From the NCBI GenBank assembly GCA_027371855.1, contig DAHXLB010000010.1:1-46394 (forward strand): 46,394 nucleotides of DNA. The letters are read 5' to 3'. This stretch comes from a bacterium (GTDB lineage Bacteria; Patescibacteriota; Dojkabacteria; JAKAPS01; JAJZLI01). The notes beneath the pieces are model-generated. The model made no database searches. It saw only the letters and a list, made by a program, of their open reading frames with translations, and was not told where the DNA came from. The position numbers were made by a program, and so were the translations under genes. Shown in pieces: positions 17,594 to 26,985 of this stretch. The stretch's first letter is position 1; every line of letters begins with the position of its first letter.

Positions 17594-18532
17594 TGAAGCT
17601 CCCTTTATATCAGCCTTGTTGTCTTTGGATATAAAAATGTTTTTATAATCTTTTAGGCCATTAGTTAATCTTTCATAAAAAATAGAATTTTTAGTTATAA
17701 ATGATCCTTGCCCTAGTAAAGAAGTATTCTGATATTTGTTAGTGAATGCAATAATTAAAGCTGTAGTATATGATGCTGCAATAGAGGCAATTTCTACATA
17801 TGATAAATCATACTTGCTTAACGCTTTATATGAAATATATTCTTCTAAAAGTTTACCTCCACTGGAACTGGTTCCAATGAGTCTGGACTCATTGAGTCCA
17901 GACTCAAGATTACTCATCTCTAATCTACCTACTTCAGAGTTTATGAAAAACCCATCCTTTATATAAGATAAGTTTACACCAGTTCCTGAGAGCACAGATA
18001 TATATGTATCATAATTGGGGTTTTTATAATAATTATAAATATTACTAGCAACTGCATCATTCACAACGTTTATCTTTATATCTTGATTAATAATTTTTCT
18101 GAATTTTTCATTAATTGAAAAACTGGCATTTATAAAAGGTATTTCTTTTGATACTATATCAATTTTTTTATATATACCGTCAATATATCCATTAAGTCTT
18201 TTTGCTATAAATGGATAAGAAAATATTATATTTAATTTATCTGTTTTATCAGTAATATATAACCTTTCTCTACCATAATTTACTATGTATTCGAAAAAAT
18301 TTTCTTTATCCCTGCTAAACCTTATAATATCTTCTTTTAGAATTTCTGTATTTTTTACTTGAGCATAATATACATGTGATCCACCGATACCTATGATTAT
18401 CTTCTCAGTATCTGTATCCACAATTTTAATATCATCAATGATTATAGCTGAATTTATATTCAGTAATTTATCCCTATTTTCACTTATATGTGAAGAAATA
18501 GTTCTAATTTGATATTTGTTAAGTTGTTCCAT
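17585..18532 (-). CDS. Hexokinase-family (eukaryote-type fold) sugar kinase, divergent
   Basis: GIGGSH, IFSYPF, VVNDAVA, SGTGVNLSY, INSEVG and EEYIS correspond to the hexokinase motifs DLGGTN, TFSFP, NDT, GTGTN, INxEWG and EKMIS. Confidence 0.7.
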   Translation of the reverse strand: MEQLNKYQIRTISSHISENRDKLLNINSAIIIDDIKIVDTDTEKIIIGIGGSHVYYAQVKNTEILKEDIIRFSRDKENFFEYIVNYGRERLYITDKTDKLNIIFSYPFIAKRLNGYIDGIYKKIDIVSKEIPFINASFSINEKFRKIINQDIKINVVNDAVASNIYNYYKNPNYDTYISVLSGTGVNLSYIKDGFFINSEVGRLEMSNLESGLNESRLIGTSSSGGKLLEEYISYKALSKYDLSYVEIASIAASYTTALIIAFTNKYQNTSLLGQGSFITKNSIFYERLTNGLKDYKNIFISKDNKADIKGASLL

Positions 18533-19391
18533 TTTTACTTTGATATTTTTCTTTTATTTTATGCATATTTATATATATAGAACCTACCCCTATGAATAAA
18601 ACTGTAGTCATAACCATAACAAATGCTAGACCTAAATTATGTAGGTTGTGAATATTTAGTGGTGTAACAATGTGTAGATTTGCAATTTTAGGGAAAACTA
18701 GTCCAAATATTCCTCCTAATATAAAAACTAAACCTCCTCCAAAAAGTGTATTACCTGCAACTTTAGACGCCAATTTTAACCCTTCTGATTCAGGAACTTT
18801 CATATTCCTAATCCACCTGCCAAAAATACTACCAAAAATAGCCTGAACAAACATAGTTCCTATGCCAAAAAATACTCCTGGTAGGAATGCTACATACATA
18901 TTTGGCATTTTTGGGACAAGTACGGTATATAATATTAATGCAAAGGCTCCAAATCCCCACCCTGCTATAAATCCGTGTAAAAGTGCCATGGAAGGTTCTA
19001 TTTGTCTTGGTGTATCATCAAATTCATGATGTTTATGTTTGCCTATCCAAGATGGAGGAATAAGTTCAATATGGAATATTTTATGAACCCTTAAAACATA
19101 TATTCCTACTAAAAACATTGCTAATCCTACTACTATATATACATAATAATTTAAAGAAGGAAATTGCGACCAGTTTATAAGTGCAAAATAAGCTATTTCA
19201 GATGCTATTGCTCTTTGGACTGTAAATGCTAGTGAAAATAGTATTGCTACATATAACCCCTTTCTAGATGAAAAACTTCCTATTGCATAAGAGAAAGTTA
19301 TAGGCCAGGTATGTTCATCTGGAGTTATACCATGAACCAGTCCTAATAAAAATGCGTAGAATAATACTGTTAGAGTAGCTTCAAATACCAT
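18519..19391 (-). CDS. Ni/Co-transporter-like (NiCoT/UreH-like) membrane protein
   Basis: LGLVHGITPDEH motif in TM1, His-containing loop (HKHHE), LLHGFIAG, ~7 TM helices. Confidence 0.6.
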   Translation of the reverse strand: MVFEATLTVLFYAFLLGLVHGITPDEHTWPITFSYAIGSFSSRKGLYVAILFSLAFTVQRAIASEIAYFALINWSQFPSLNYYVYIVVGLAMFLVGIYVLRVHKIFHIELIPPSWIGKHKHHEFDDTPRQIEPSMALLHGFIAGWGFGAFALILYTVLVPKMPNMYVAFLPGVFFGIGTMFVQAIFGSIFGRWIRNMKVPESEGLKLASKVAGNTLFGGGLVFILGGIFGLVFPKIANLHIVTPLNIHNLHNLGLAFVMVMTTVLFIGVGSIYINMHKIKEKYQSKNGTT

Positions 19392-19404
19392 TAAATCTAA
19401 ATTG

Positions 19405-20061
19405 TTATTTAAGTTTTTCTTTTAATCCTTTAATATCCTTATTCCATATTTCTCCGTCAAACCAAGATAATCCTTTAAATTGTAATTTATATATTGACTC
19501 TTTTTTATATACACTTCCAAGGTAAATATACTTAAGATTATGCTCTTTTGCAAAAATTATTGCTTTTAACATCATACATATTCCCATATTTGAATTGAAA
19601 TATGAAAGATCATAGAAAGGATATGAATAGTGTACCATAGAATTATTCATGTATGACAGTGCATATCCTTGTGCAGAACCTACATTATTTAAATTTTTAT
19701 CTTTATAAATAAAAACTATATTCATGTTGGATTTATCCATATTCATAAACATTTCTCTGATTTTATTAGCAGTCATTACTTTATCTCCAAATCTTGTTTT
19801 ATAATATATAAATCCCATTTTATGTATAGTATAAGCGTACTTATTATAAGGTAACTCTTGTTTTTCTATATATATATTTTCAGTTTTTTTTAAAATTCGT
19901 CTATTTTCACTTGTTAATTCAAAATCTTCTAAGTCTAACCTTAGGCTTCTTATCTTCTGCATAACATTTTTTCCTTTTCTTACAAAAACAAACCCTTCAT
20001 TATAAAGGCTTGCTATATCATCTGTATTTTTAATTGTTATCTCCTTATAATATTCATACAT
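19405..20061 (-). CDS. Arginyl/leucyl-tRNA--protein transferase (ATE/Bpt)-like GNAT-fold protein
   Basis: YSYPFYD...MGICMML...YIYLGSVY....YKLQF matches the ATE C-terminal domain pattern. Extended -10 TGtTATAAT lies 6 nt before the ATG. Confidence 0.7.
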   Translation of the reverse strand: MYEYYKEITIKNTDDIASLYNEGFVFVRKGKNVMQKIRSLRLDLEDFELTSENRRILKKTENIYIEKQELPYNKYAYTIHKMGFIYYKTRFGDKVMTANKIREMFMNMDKSNMNIVFIYKDKNLNNVGSAQGYALSYMNNSMVHYSYPFYDLSYFNSNMGICMMLKAIIFAKEHNLKYIYLGSVYKKESIYKLQFKGLSWFDGEIWNKDIKGLKEKLK

Positions 20062-20134
20062 ATTTTTATTATAACAAAATTTGTAATTTTAAAATAAACA
20101 TTGTATATACTAATATTCCATTTTTTTATAATAT

Positions 20135-20506
20135 ATGATAACATCCATGTATATGAATTTTTTTAAAAGATCCGAAAGGAATTATTACTTAAAATTACTG
20201 AGCTTTGCTTTAGGTATATTGTTTTTAGCAGTGGGTTATTCTATTGTATACATACCAGTTTTAGTAGTATTAATTATTATAGGTATAATATTTTTATACT
20301 TTTCTTTTTTTGAAAACCCTTTTTCCAAAATACATACAAAAACTAATTTATCTTTAGAAAATAAAGATGAGTCTAAATCTAATCTTAAAGTAGCTAAAAT
20401 TGTAAAAACAGCTTCAAAGAAAAAAGTTACTAAAAAGGTTCCAGTAAGTGAATCAAAGAAAACTACTAAAGCTACTAAAAGTGTTTCCAAAAAATCTAAA
20501 AAATAA
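20135..20506 (+). CDS. Two-TM membrane protein with Lys-rich C-terminal tail
   Basis: Hydrophobic hairpin followed by KKKVTKK...KKTTKATK...KKSKK. The true start may be ATG 20147 or 20153. Confidence 0.65.
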   Translation: MITSMYMNFFKRSERNYYLKLLSFALGILFLAVGYSIVYIPVLVVLIIIGIIFLYFSFFENPFSKIHTKTNLSLENKDESKSNLKVAKIVKTASKKKVTKKVPVSESKKTTKATKSVSKKSKK

Positions 20507-20567
20507 AGATCTAACTCCCAATGAAACATTTTACTGAAAATAGTGTATATATATACAGTTAAGAAAT

Positions 20568-21890
20568 ATGATTATGTTAAAGAACAAAAATTATTATATA
20601 TTAGTTGTAATTTTATTTATCATTGCAATAGTGGGACTTGACATATACAATTCAAATTCTACAAAAGTTATAAAACCACAAACAAGTTTTTTTTATAAAA
20701 GTTACTCACAATATTCTCAAAATCAAACAAATAATAATGTTGTTGGTAATGTTAATAGTGTACTAATATCAAAAGTATTAATGTCTAAAAACATTAACGG
20801 AGAAAATTTTGATACAACTCCTATAGTTGCAGGAGATGCTATATATGTTGGTACAATGAATAAGGCAAATTTATCTGGTGGGCTTTTAGCATTGTCTAGA
20901 GTTAATGGTAATATAATATGGAAAGATAATTTTTCAAACTGGATAATGACTAACCCTGTTGTGGTACCTCAGATTAACATGGTTTTTATTGGATCAGGAA
21001 ACAGTATTAAATATGGACCTAACAACTCTTATAGAGGATTAGGAAACAATTTTGTGTATGGTATTAATATTTCAACAGGAGCAATAATGTGGAAATATAA
21101 AACATTAGGAGAGAATATGCCTACCCCTATATACAATAACGGAATTTTATATTTTGTGAATGGAAATAGAACATTTTATGCATTGGACGCCATAACTGGA
21201 AAAGAGTTATGGACATTAAATATTGGGTCTATTGTATCAATGTCATCTCCTATACTTATTGGCAATAATGTATTTTTTGGAGGATCTAAACCATATAAAT
21301 TCTTTGATGTAAATATACAAACTAAAAGTATTAAATGGGCAATATCTTTCAAAAACCTCCCCGGAGGAGTTACTATAACAGGTGGACTTGATGATACAAC
21401 ACCAGTTTATTATAAAGGATATTTATATACTAATGCTACAATGTTAAAGGATTATACTACCAATTCTGGGTATGAATATTTGTATAAAATTAATGCTGGG
21501 ACGGGTAATATAGTATGGTCACTCAATGAAGGATATGGAGTTATAAATGAACTATCAGATCCAATGGAAGGTTCTGTTCCTACACTTAAAGGGAATACCA
21601 TTTATACTGGATCTAATACAACAAGGAGTATATTTGCGGTAAACATTAATACAAAGAAAGTAGACTGGTCATACAAGATTAATGGTATGATTAATGCGCC
21701 TTTTATTATAATAAAAAGTTATATATATGCTATAACAGGGAATGGGAACATTTATGTTATTGATAAGAGTAATGGAGCTTTTGATGCAAAAAGGACATTA
21801 GGAGGTCCAGAAATAGCATCAGGGTTGAGTTTTTATTCAGGTAAATTCTATGTAACCACAGGAAACGGGAACTTCTATATTCTTCACTAA
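20568..21890 (+). CDS. Membrane-anchored PQQ-like repeat beta-propeller protein
   Basis: N-terminal TM and repeated (Y/F)ALDAxTGKxxW-type Trp-docking motifs. Confidence 0.85.
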   Translation: MIMLKNKNYYILVVILFIIAIVGLDIYNSNSTKVIKPQTSFFYKSYSQYSQNQTNNNVVGNVNSVLISKVLMSKNINGENFDTTPIVAGDAIYVGTMNKANLSGGLLALSRVNGNIIWKDNFSNWIMTNPVVVPQINMVFIGSGNSIKYGPNNSYRGLGNNFVYGINISTGAIMWKYKTLGENMPTPIYNNGILYFVNGNRTFYALDAITGKELWTLNIGSIVSMSSPILIGNNVFFGGSKPYKFFDVNIQTKSIKWAISFKNLPGGVTITGGLDDTTPVYYKGYLYTNATMLKDYTTNSGYEYLYKINAGTGNIVWSLNEGYGVINELSDPMEGSVPTLKGNTIYTGSNTTRSIFAVNINTKKVDWSYKINGMINAPFIIIKSYIYAITGNGNIYVIDKSNGAFDAKRTLGGPEIASGLSFYSGKFYVTTGNGNFYILH

Positions 21891-21913
21891 AATCCCTGTA
21901 TAATACAGAACGT

Positions 21914-23758
21914 ATGGAAAATTCTAAAATTAGAAATATAGCTGTCATTGCTCATGTTGATCATGGTAAAACTACTCTAGTTGACAGTTTTATGAAACAA
22001 TCAAATATGTTTAGAGACAATGAGGCTTTAATGACTCAATCTTTAATCATGGATAACATGGATCTTGAAAGAGAAAGAGGTATTACTATAACTGCCAAAA
22101 ATATATTTATTAAATATAAGGATTATAAAATAAATATTATAGATACACCTGGTCATGCTGATTTTTCTGGAGAAGTTGAGAGAACTTTAAATATGGCGGA
22201 TGGGTGTTTATTAATAGTTGATGCTCAAGAAGGGCCTATGCCCCAGACAAGGTATGTACTTCAGAAAGCATTGGAGTTAGATAAAAGAATAATAGTAGTA
22301 ATTAATAAAATAGATAAGAAGTTTGCAGATATAGATAAAACATTGTCTGAAATAGATGACCTATTTTTGGATCTTGCAACTTCTGATAATCAATTGGAAT
22401 TCCCTATATTTTATGCAATTGCTAGAGAAGGTATAATTTTTGATAAGCTTCCAGATTTAAATACTAGAATGGAGTATAAATCAGGCTCTTCTGGATCTGA
22501 TGTATCACTCCTTTTTGATAGTATAATAAAAGATATTCCACCTCCTTCTGGAGATTTAAACTTCCCGTTTCTACTTCAAGTTTCGTCTATTGATTATGAT
22601 GAATACACTGGATCTGGGGTTGTAGGAAAAATTTTACAAGGAGAGATACAAAGAGGAGACTCATTAGATATACTTGGCTCTGCATCTATAAAAAAGTTTA
22701 AAGTTCTAAAATTAATTGTTTCAAATGGTATAAAAAAAGAGGAAGTACAAAAAATGCAAGCAGGAGATATAGTGACTATAATTGGTGCTACGGATGCAAA
22801 AATTGGAGATACAATAACGATGCCAGGAGAAAATGAGAGACTCCCAGATTTAGATATACAGGAACCATCTGTTAGGATAAAATTTGAGGCTAATACTTCA
22901 CCTCTAGCAGGTAGGGAAGGTAAATTTATTACTTCAAGACAGTTACTTGCAAGACTAGAAAGAGAATTACAAAAAAATGTAGCAATGAAACTTGAAATTT
23001 CTGGGGATCAATTTTTTGTATCTGGAAGAGGAGAATTGCATTTATCAATATTAATAGAGACACTAAGAAGAGAGGGATATGAATTTCAAATTTCAAAACC
23101 AGAAGCTATTACGAAGATAATTGATGGGAAAATTTATGAAGGACAGGAAGATTTATTTTTAGAGGTTGGTAAAGATTCTATAGGTATTATAACAACTGCA
23201 CTTTCAAAAAGAAAAGGAGAGCTTGTAAATATGCACACTGACAATAATGATATAGTTCATTTTCATTATAAAGTATTAACAAGAAATCTATTTGGCCTTA
23301 GAGGAGAGCTTGTAAATGATACAAAGGGTACAGTTATTTTTAACAGTTCCTTTTCTGAATTTGTACTATCCAAAGGCGGTGCAATGTATAAAGATAGGAA
23401 AGGGGTTTTAATTGCATCAGAAGCAGGAAGTACAACATCATATGGGCTTAATAAAGCTCAAGAGAGAGGGACTTTATTTGTGGCTCCAGAAGAACAGGTT
23501 TACGAGGGAATGATAGTTGGTATAAACAAATATGATCAAGATATGGAAGTTAACGTATCCAGAGCAAAACATTTAACTGGATTACATTCAGATATAGGAG
23601 AGGAAACCATAGTATTGATGAAAAATATAGAGCTTACTATCGAGCTTGGGATAGATTTTATAGCAGATGATGAATATTTAGAAATAACTCCAACGAATCT
23701 AAGATTAAGAAAAAAATACCTTAGAAAGTCTGATAGAAGTAAATTTAATAAAGAATAG
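21914..23758 (+). CDS. typA: Translational GTPase TypA/BipA
   Basis: AHVDHGKTTLVD, ERGITI, DTPGHADF, NKID, GRGELHL and YEGMIVG motifs. Confidence 0.97.
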   Translation: MENSKIRNIAVIAHVDHGKTTLVDSFMKQSNMFRDNEALMTQSLIMDNMDLERERGITITAKNIFIKYKDYKINIIDTPGHADFSGEVERTLNMADGCLLIVDAQEGPMPQTRYVLQKALELDKRIIVVINKIDKKFADIDKTLSEIDDLFLDLATSDNQLEFPIFYAIAREGIIFDKLPDLNTRMEYKSGSSGSDVSLLFDSIIKDIPPPSGDLNFPFLLQVSSIDYDEYTGSGVVGKILQGEIQRGDSLDILGSASIKKFKVLKLIVSNGIKKEEVQKMQAGDIVTIIGATDAKIGDTITMPGENERLPDLDIQEPSVRIKFEANTSPLAGREGKFITSRQLLARLERELQKNVAMKLEISGDQFFVSGRGELHLSILIETLRREGYEFQISKPEAITKIIDGKIYEGQEDLFLEVGKDSIGIITTALSKRKGELVNMHTDNNDIVHFHYKVLTRNLFGLRGELVNDTKGTVIFNSSFSEFVLSKGGAMYKDRKGVLIASEAGSTTSYGLNKAQERGTLFVAPEEQVYEGMIVGINKYDQDMEVNVSRAKHLTGLHSDIGEETIVLMKNIELTIELGIDFIADDEYLEITPTNLRLRKKYLRKSDRSKFNKE

Positions 23759-23800
23759 TCTCATATAGAAAGTAGAGACAAGCTTGTGTATAATTAAATT

Positions 23801-24037
23801 ATGAATATATTAATATATGTTTTAATTGGAATTGTAATAGGACTTTGGTTTGCAAAAAAATATAAAACCAGGGGAGGGCTATTTATAGATATAATTACTG
23901 GAATTATAGGAGCAATGATTGGAGGCCTTGCAGGTGATTCTTTTATATCTAGTACACTCTTTAGTATATTACTTTCAATAGTATTTTCTGCTTTGATTTT
24001 GTATATATTTAAAAAGGCTGTAAATAAGATAGAGTAG
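23801..24037 (+). CDS. GlsB/YeaQ/YmgE (transglycosylase-associated) membrane protein
   Basis: GIVIGL...GGLFIDIITGIIGAMIGG pattern. TATAAT lies 6 nt upstream. Confidence 0.8.
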   Translation: MNILIYVLIGIVIGLWFAKKYKTRGGLFIDIITGIIGAMIGGLAGDSFISSTLFSILLSIVFSALILYIFKKAVNKIE

Positions 24038-24040
24038 TTT

Positions 24041-25249
24041 ATGAATAATAAAAACACTAATTTCTCTGTACCTTTAGATTTTAAATGGGGAGTTTCAACA
24101 TCTTCCTATCAAATTGAAGGAGGCAATTTTAATAGTGATTGGTATTTATGGGAAAAATATAAGGGATATGGAGAAACAGGAGATGCATGTAGATCATATG
24201 AGAAATATAAGGAAGATATTGAGGTTTTAAAAAAATTAAAGGTTAATGCCTATAGATTTTCTATTGAATGGTCTAGAATAGAACCAGAAGAAGGAAAGTG
24301 GAATCTTGAGGCCTTGAACTATTACAAAGACCTTATAAAATCTCTTAAAGATAATAGCATAGAGCCTTTTGTAACACTTTTTCATGAGTCCCTTCCAATA
24401 TGGGTATCACAGATAGGAGGGTTTGAGAATAAGAAAGTTGTTAATATATTTGAAAGATATGTAGATTTTATAGTTGAGAATCTTGGAAGCAATGTTACCT
24501 TTTGGATTACCATTAACGAACCTTTTGTTTATGCTTTAATGGGATACTTATCAGGAGAATATCCTCCAGGAAAAAGAAATATAATAAAATTTTTCAAAGT
24601 AGAACATAACCTTGAAATAGCTCATATTAGAGCATATACGAGGATAAAAGATATATATAAAAAATTCAATTGGGGGAGATCTAGGATTTCTGTTGCAAAA
24701 AATAATGTAGATTATTTATCATTAGATTTAATAAGTAATTTTTATGTAATGATAAAAAGATATTTTACTAATTATTCCTATTTAGATAGAACTAGAAAGT
24801 ACATGGATTTTATAGGTCTGAATTATTATTTTCATGAAGAAGATAAATTCCATTTATCTATTCATAATTTCCTATTTAAAAGTATCCCTAATGACAGACT
24901 TAAAAAGCAAGATATATTGGGCTGGGATATATATCCTAAAGGTATATATAATGTAATAAAACAGCTATATAAAAGATACAATAAAGATATATTTATACTA
25001 GAAAATGGTATATCTGATACATCTGACTTAAATCGTATAAAATATATAGAGGATCATATTTTATACATAAAAAAAGCTATATCAGAAAATATACCAGTAA
25101 AAGGTTATTTTTACTGGAGCCTTATAGATAATTCTGAATGGAAGTATGGATTTGAGGCTAAATTTGGACTTTCTTATATGGACAATAATAGTGATAGGGT
25201 TGTAAAAGAAAGTGGTAAAAAGTTTGCTAATATAGTACAATCTATTTAA
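24041..25249 (+). CDS. Glycoside hydrolase family 1 (beta-glucosidase/galactosidase)
   Basis: FKWGVSTSSYQIEG, YRFSIEWSRI, acid/base TINEP, nucleophile ILENG, and WSLIDNSEW. Confidence 0.93.
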   Translation: MNNKNTNFSVPLDFKWGVSTSSYQIEGGNFNSDWYLWEKYKGYGETGDACRSYEKYKEDIEVLKKLKVNAYRFSIEWSRIEPEEGKWNLEALNYYKDLIKSLKDNSIEPFVTLFHESLPIWVSQIGGFENKKVVNIFERYVDFIVENLGSNVTFWITINEPFVYALMGYLSGEYPPGKRNIIKFFKVEHNLEIAHIRAYTRIKDIYKKFNWGRSRISVAKNNVDYLSLDLISNFYVMIKRYFTNYSYLDRTRKYMDFIGLNYYFHEEDKFHLSIHNFLFKSIPNDRLKKQDILGWDIYPKGIYNVIKQLYKRYNKDIFILENGISDTSDLNRIKYIEDHILYIKKAISENIPVKGYFYWSLIDNSEWKYGFEAKFGLSYMDNNSDRVVKESGKKFANIVQSI

Positions 25250-25286
25250 TTATAGATTAATTTTTATAGGGTAAAATCAATATATT

Positions 25287-25595
25287 ATGAATGTATCAGA
25301 TAGGTTAGTATATGGAATATTTTCCATAATTGAATTTTTTCTTGTTTTTAGAATTTTATTTTTACTTTTTGGAGCTAATGCAAATAACCCAATAGCTAAA
25401 TTCATTTATGGAACATCATATCCTCTAGTTGCACCGTTTTCTGGGTTATTTCCAAATATACAGTTTGGTAGGTTTGTTTTGGCATCAAATTCTGTTACAG
25501 CATTGATATTTTACACTATTGCAGGCATTGTTTTGGTTGAAATATTAACATCTTTTGTACAAAGACAAAAGGATAGAAGAAACCCTACTGTTTAA
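25287..25595 (+). CDS. YggT-like membrane protein
   Basis: FRILFLLFGAN...FIY..S.PLVAPF.G pattern; paralog of 45673..46074. Confidence 0.75.
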   Translation: MNVSDRLVYGIFSIIEFFLVFRILFLLFGANANNPIAKFIYGTSYPLVAPFSGLFPNIQFGRFVLASNSVTALIFYTIAGIVLVEILTSFVQRQKDRRNPTV

Positions 25596-25622
25596 TCTTT
25601 TATATATAAATATCGCTAAAAA

Positions 25623-26393
25623 ATGAAAAAAGCAGATTTGCATGTACATTCTAATGTGTCTGATGGTGCGCGTTCACCAGAACAAATAATTGATTATGTA
25701 GAATCTAATACTGATATTGATAAAGTATATATAACTGATCACAATAATATAGCTGGCGCAAAGATTGCACTAGCATACTCACTCTTTAAAAATTATAAAA
25801 TAGAGGTAGGTATTGGATCTGAGATATCAACTCAACATTGCCATATGATTGGGCTTGATATTAAAAAAAATATAAAAAATAAAATGTCTCCACAAGATAC
25901 TGCTAAAGAGATATTAAATCAAGGGGGTTTTCCTGTCATAGCTCACCCATTTAATCCATTCCAAAAAGGAAGGCATTTAAATGGTAAGATTCTCGTAGAG
26001 TCTATGCTTAGTAGTAATATACCTTTTGCTATAGAGGTTAATGGATCCTTAAATTATATGACGCTTTTTTATTCAAGAGGTAGATTTTTTAGAAAACAGG
26101 CAGAGCTATCATTGGCTAACAAAAAAGCTATAAATATAGCTAAAGAATACAATATACCTATTGTAGGTGGATCAGATTCTCATTTACGTGTAGTTTTAGG
26201 AAGTGCATATACTATATATAAAGAAGATCTAATAAGTGATATTAAAGAAAACACTATCCAATATGGGTTTAATTTTCCTTATAGGAAACAAGGGATAAAA
26301 TATTTTATATATCATGCTTTGTTCGACTCAATCCCTGTTCCTATAAAATATAAGAATAATATATTAAAAGTTTTCCCTTCAGAAAGAAAATAG
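25623..26393 (+). CDS. PHP-domain phosphoesterase
   Basis: DLHVHSNVSDG, ITDHN, GSEIST, AHPF and GGSDSH motifs. Confidence 0.9.
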   Translation: MKKADLHVHSNVSDGARSPEQIIDYVESNTDIDKVYITDHNNIAGAKIALAYSLFKNYKIEVGIGSEISTQHCHMIGLDIKKNIKNKMSPQDTAKEILNQGGFPVIAHPFNPFQKGRHLNGKILVESMLSSNIPFAIEVNGSLNYMTLFYSRGRFFRKQAELSLANKKAINIAKEYNIPIVGGSDSHLRVVLGSAYTIYKEDLISDIKENTIQYGFNFPYRKQGIKYFIYHALFDSIPVPIKYKNNILKVFPSERK

Positions 26394-26478
26394 CATTAAA
26401 CTAATAAAAAATTAATTGATAAAATATATATTCGAGAATATAATGATAAAAGTGTGTGATATTTAGTTATAAAAACCC

Positions 26479-26964
26479 TTGAAAATCAATAAAAAAACAA
26501 TAAAAAAAATCTTAAATAAATTATATAAATATTTTATTATAGGTATCATAGGAATAATTATTGATAATGGTGTTATATTATTATTAACATTAGTGTTTTT
26601 TGTCCCTGCTAATATTGCGACACTATTATCAGCAGAAGTTGGGAACTTAAACAATTTTTTTATAAATGATAATTGGACCTTCAAAGACAATAAAAATTCT
26701 GTATTTACAATAAGAATATTAAAATACCATATTTCTATTCTATTAGGTTTTGTAATTGCAAGAGTATTTTTATTTCCTGAAGTATTTTCTTTTGCCTCCT
26801 TATATTTTAGTAAATTTTTTGCTATTCTTATTGCTAATAACGCTAGTATAGGTATTAGCTTTATTTTTAATTTTACAATCAATTTTATATGGACCTGGGG
26901 TTCTGCCAAAAAAGACATTTATGAAGATATTGAAAAAGATCTTGAACAAACAGAATTTAGATAA
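26479..26964 (+). CDS. GtrA-family membrane protein
   Basis: KYFIIGIIG, NFFINDNWTF and FNFTINFIWTW motifs. Confidence 0.85.
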   Translation: MKINKKTIKKILNKLYKYFIIGIIGIIIDNGVILLLTLVFFVPANIATLLSAEVGNLNNFFINDNWTFKDNKNSVFTIRILKYHISILLGFVIARVFLFPEVFSFASLYFSKFFAILIANNASIGISFIFNFTINFIWTWGSAKKDIYEDIEKDLEQTEFR

Positions 26965-26985
26965 TTATGTAAATAATTTTAAATT

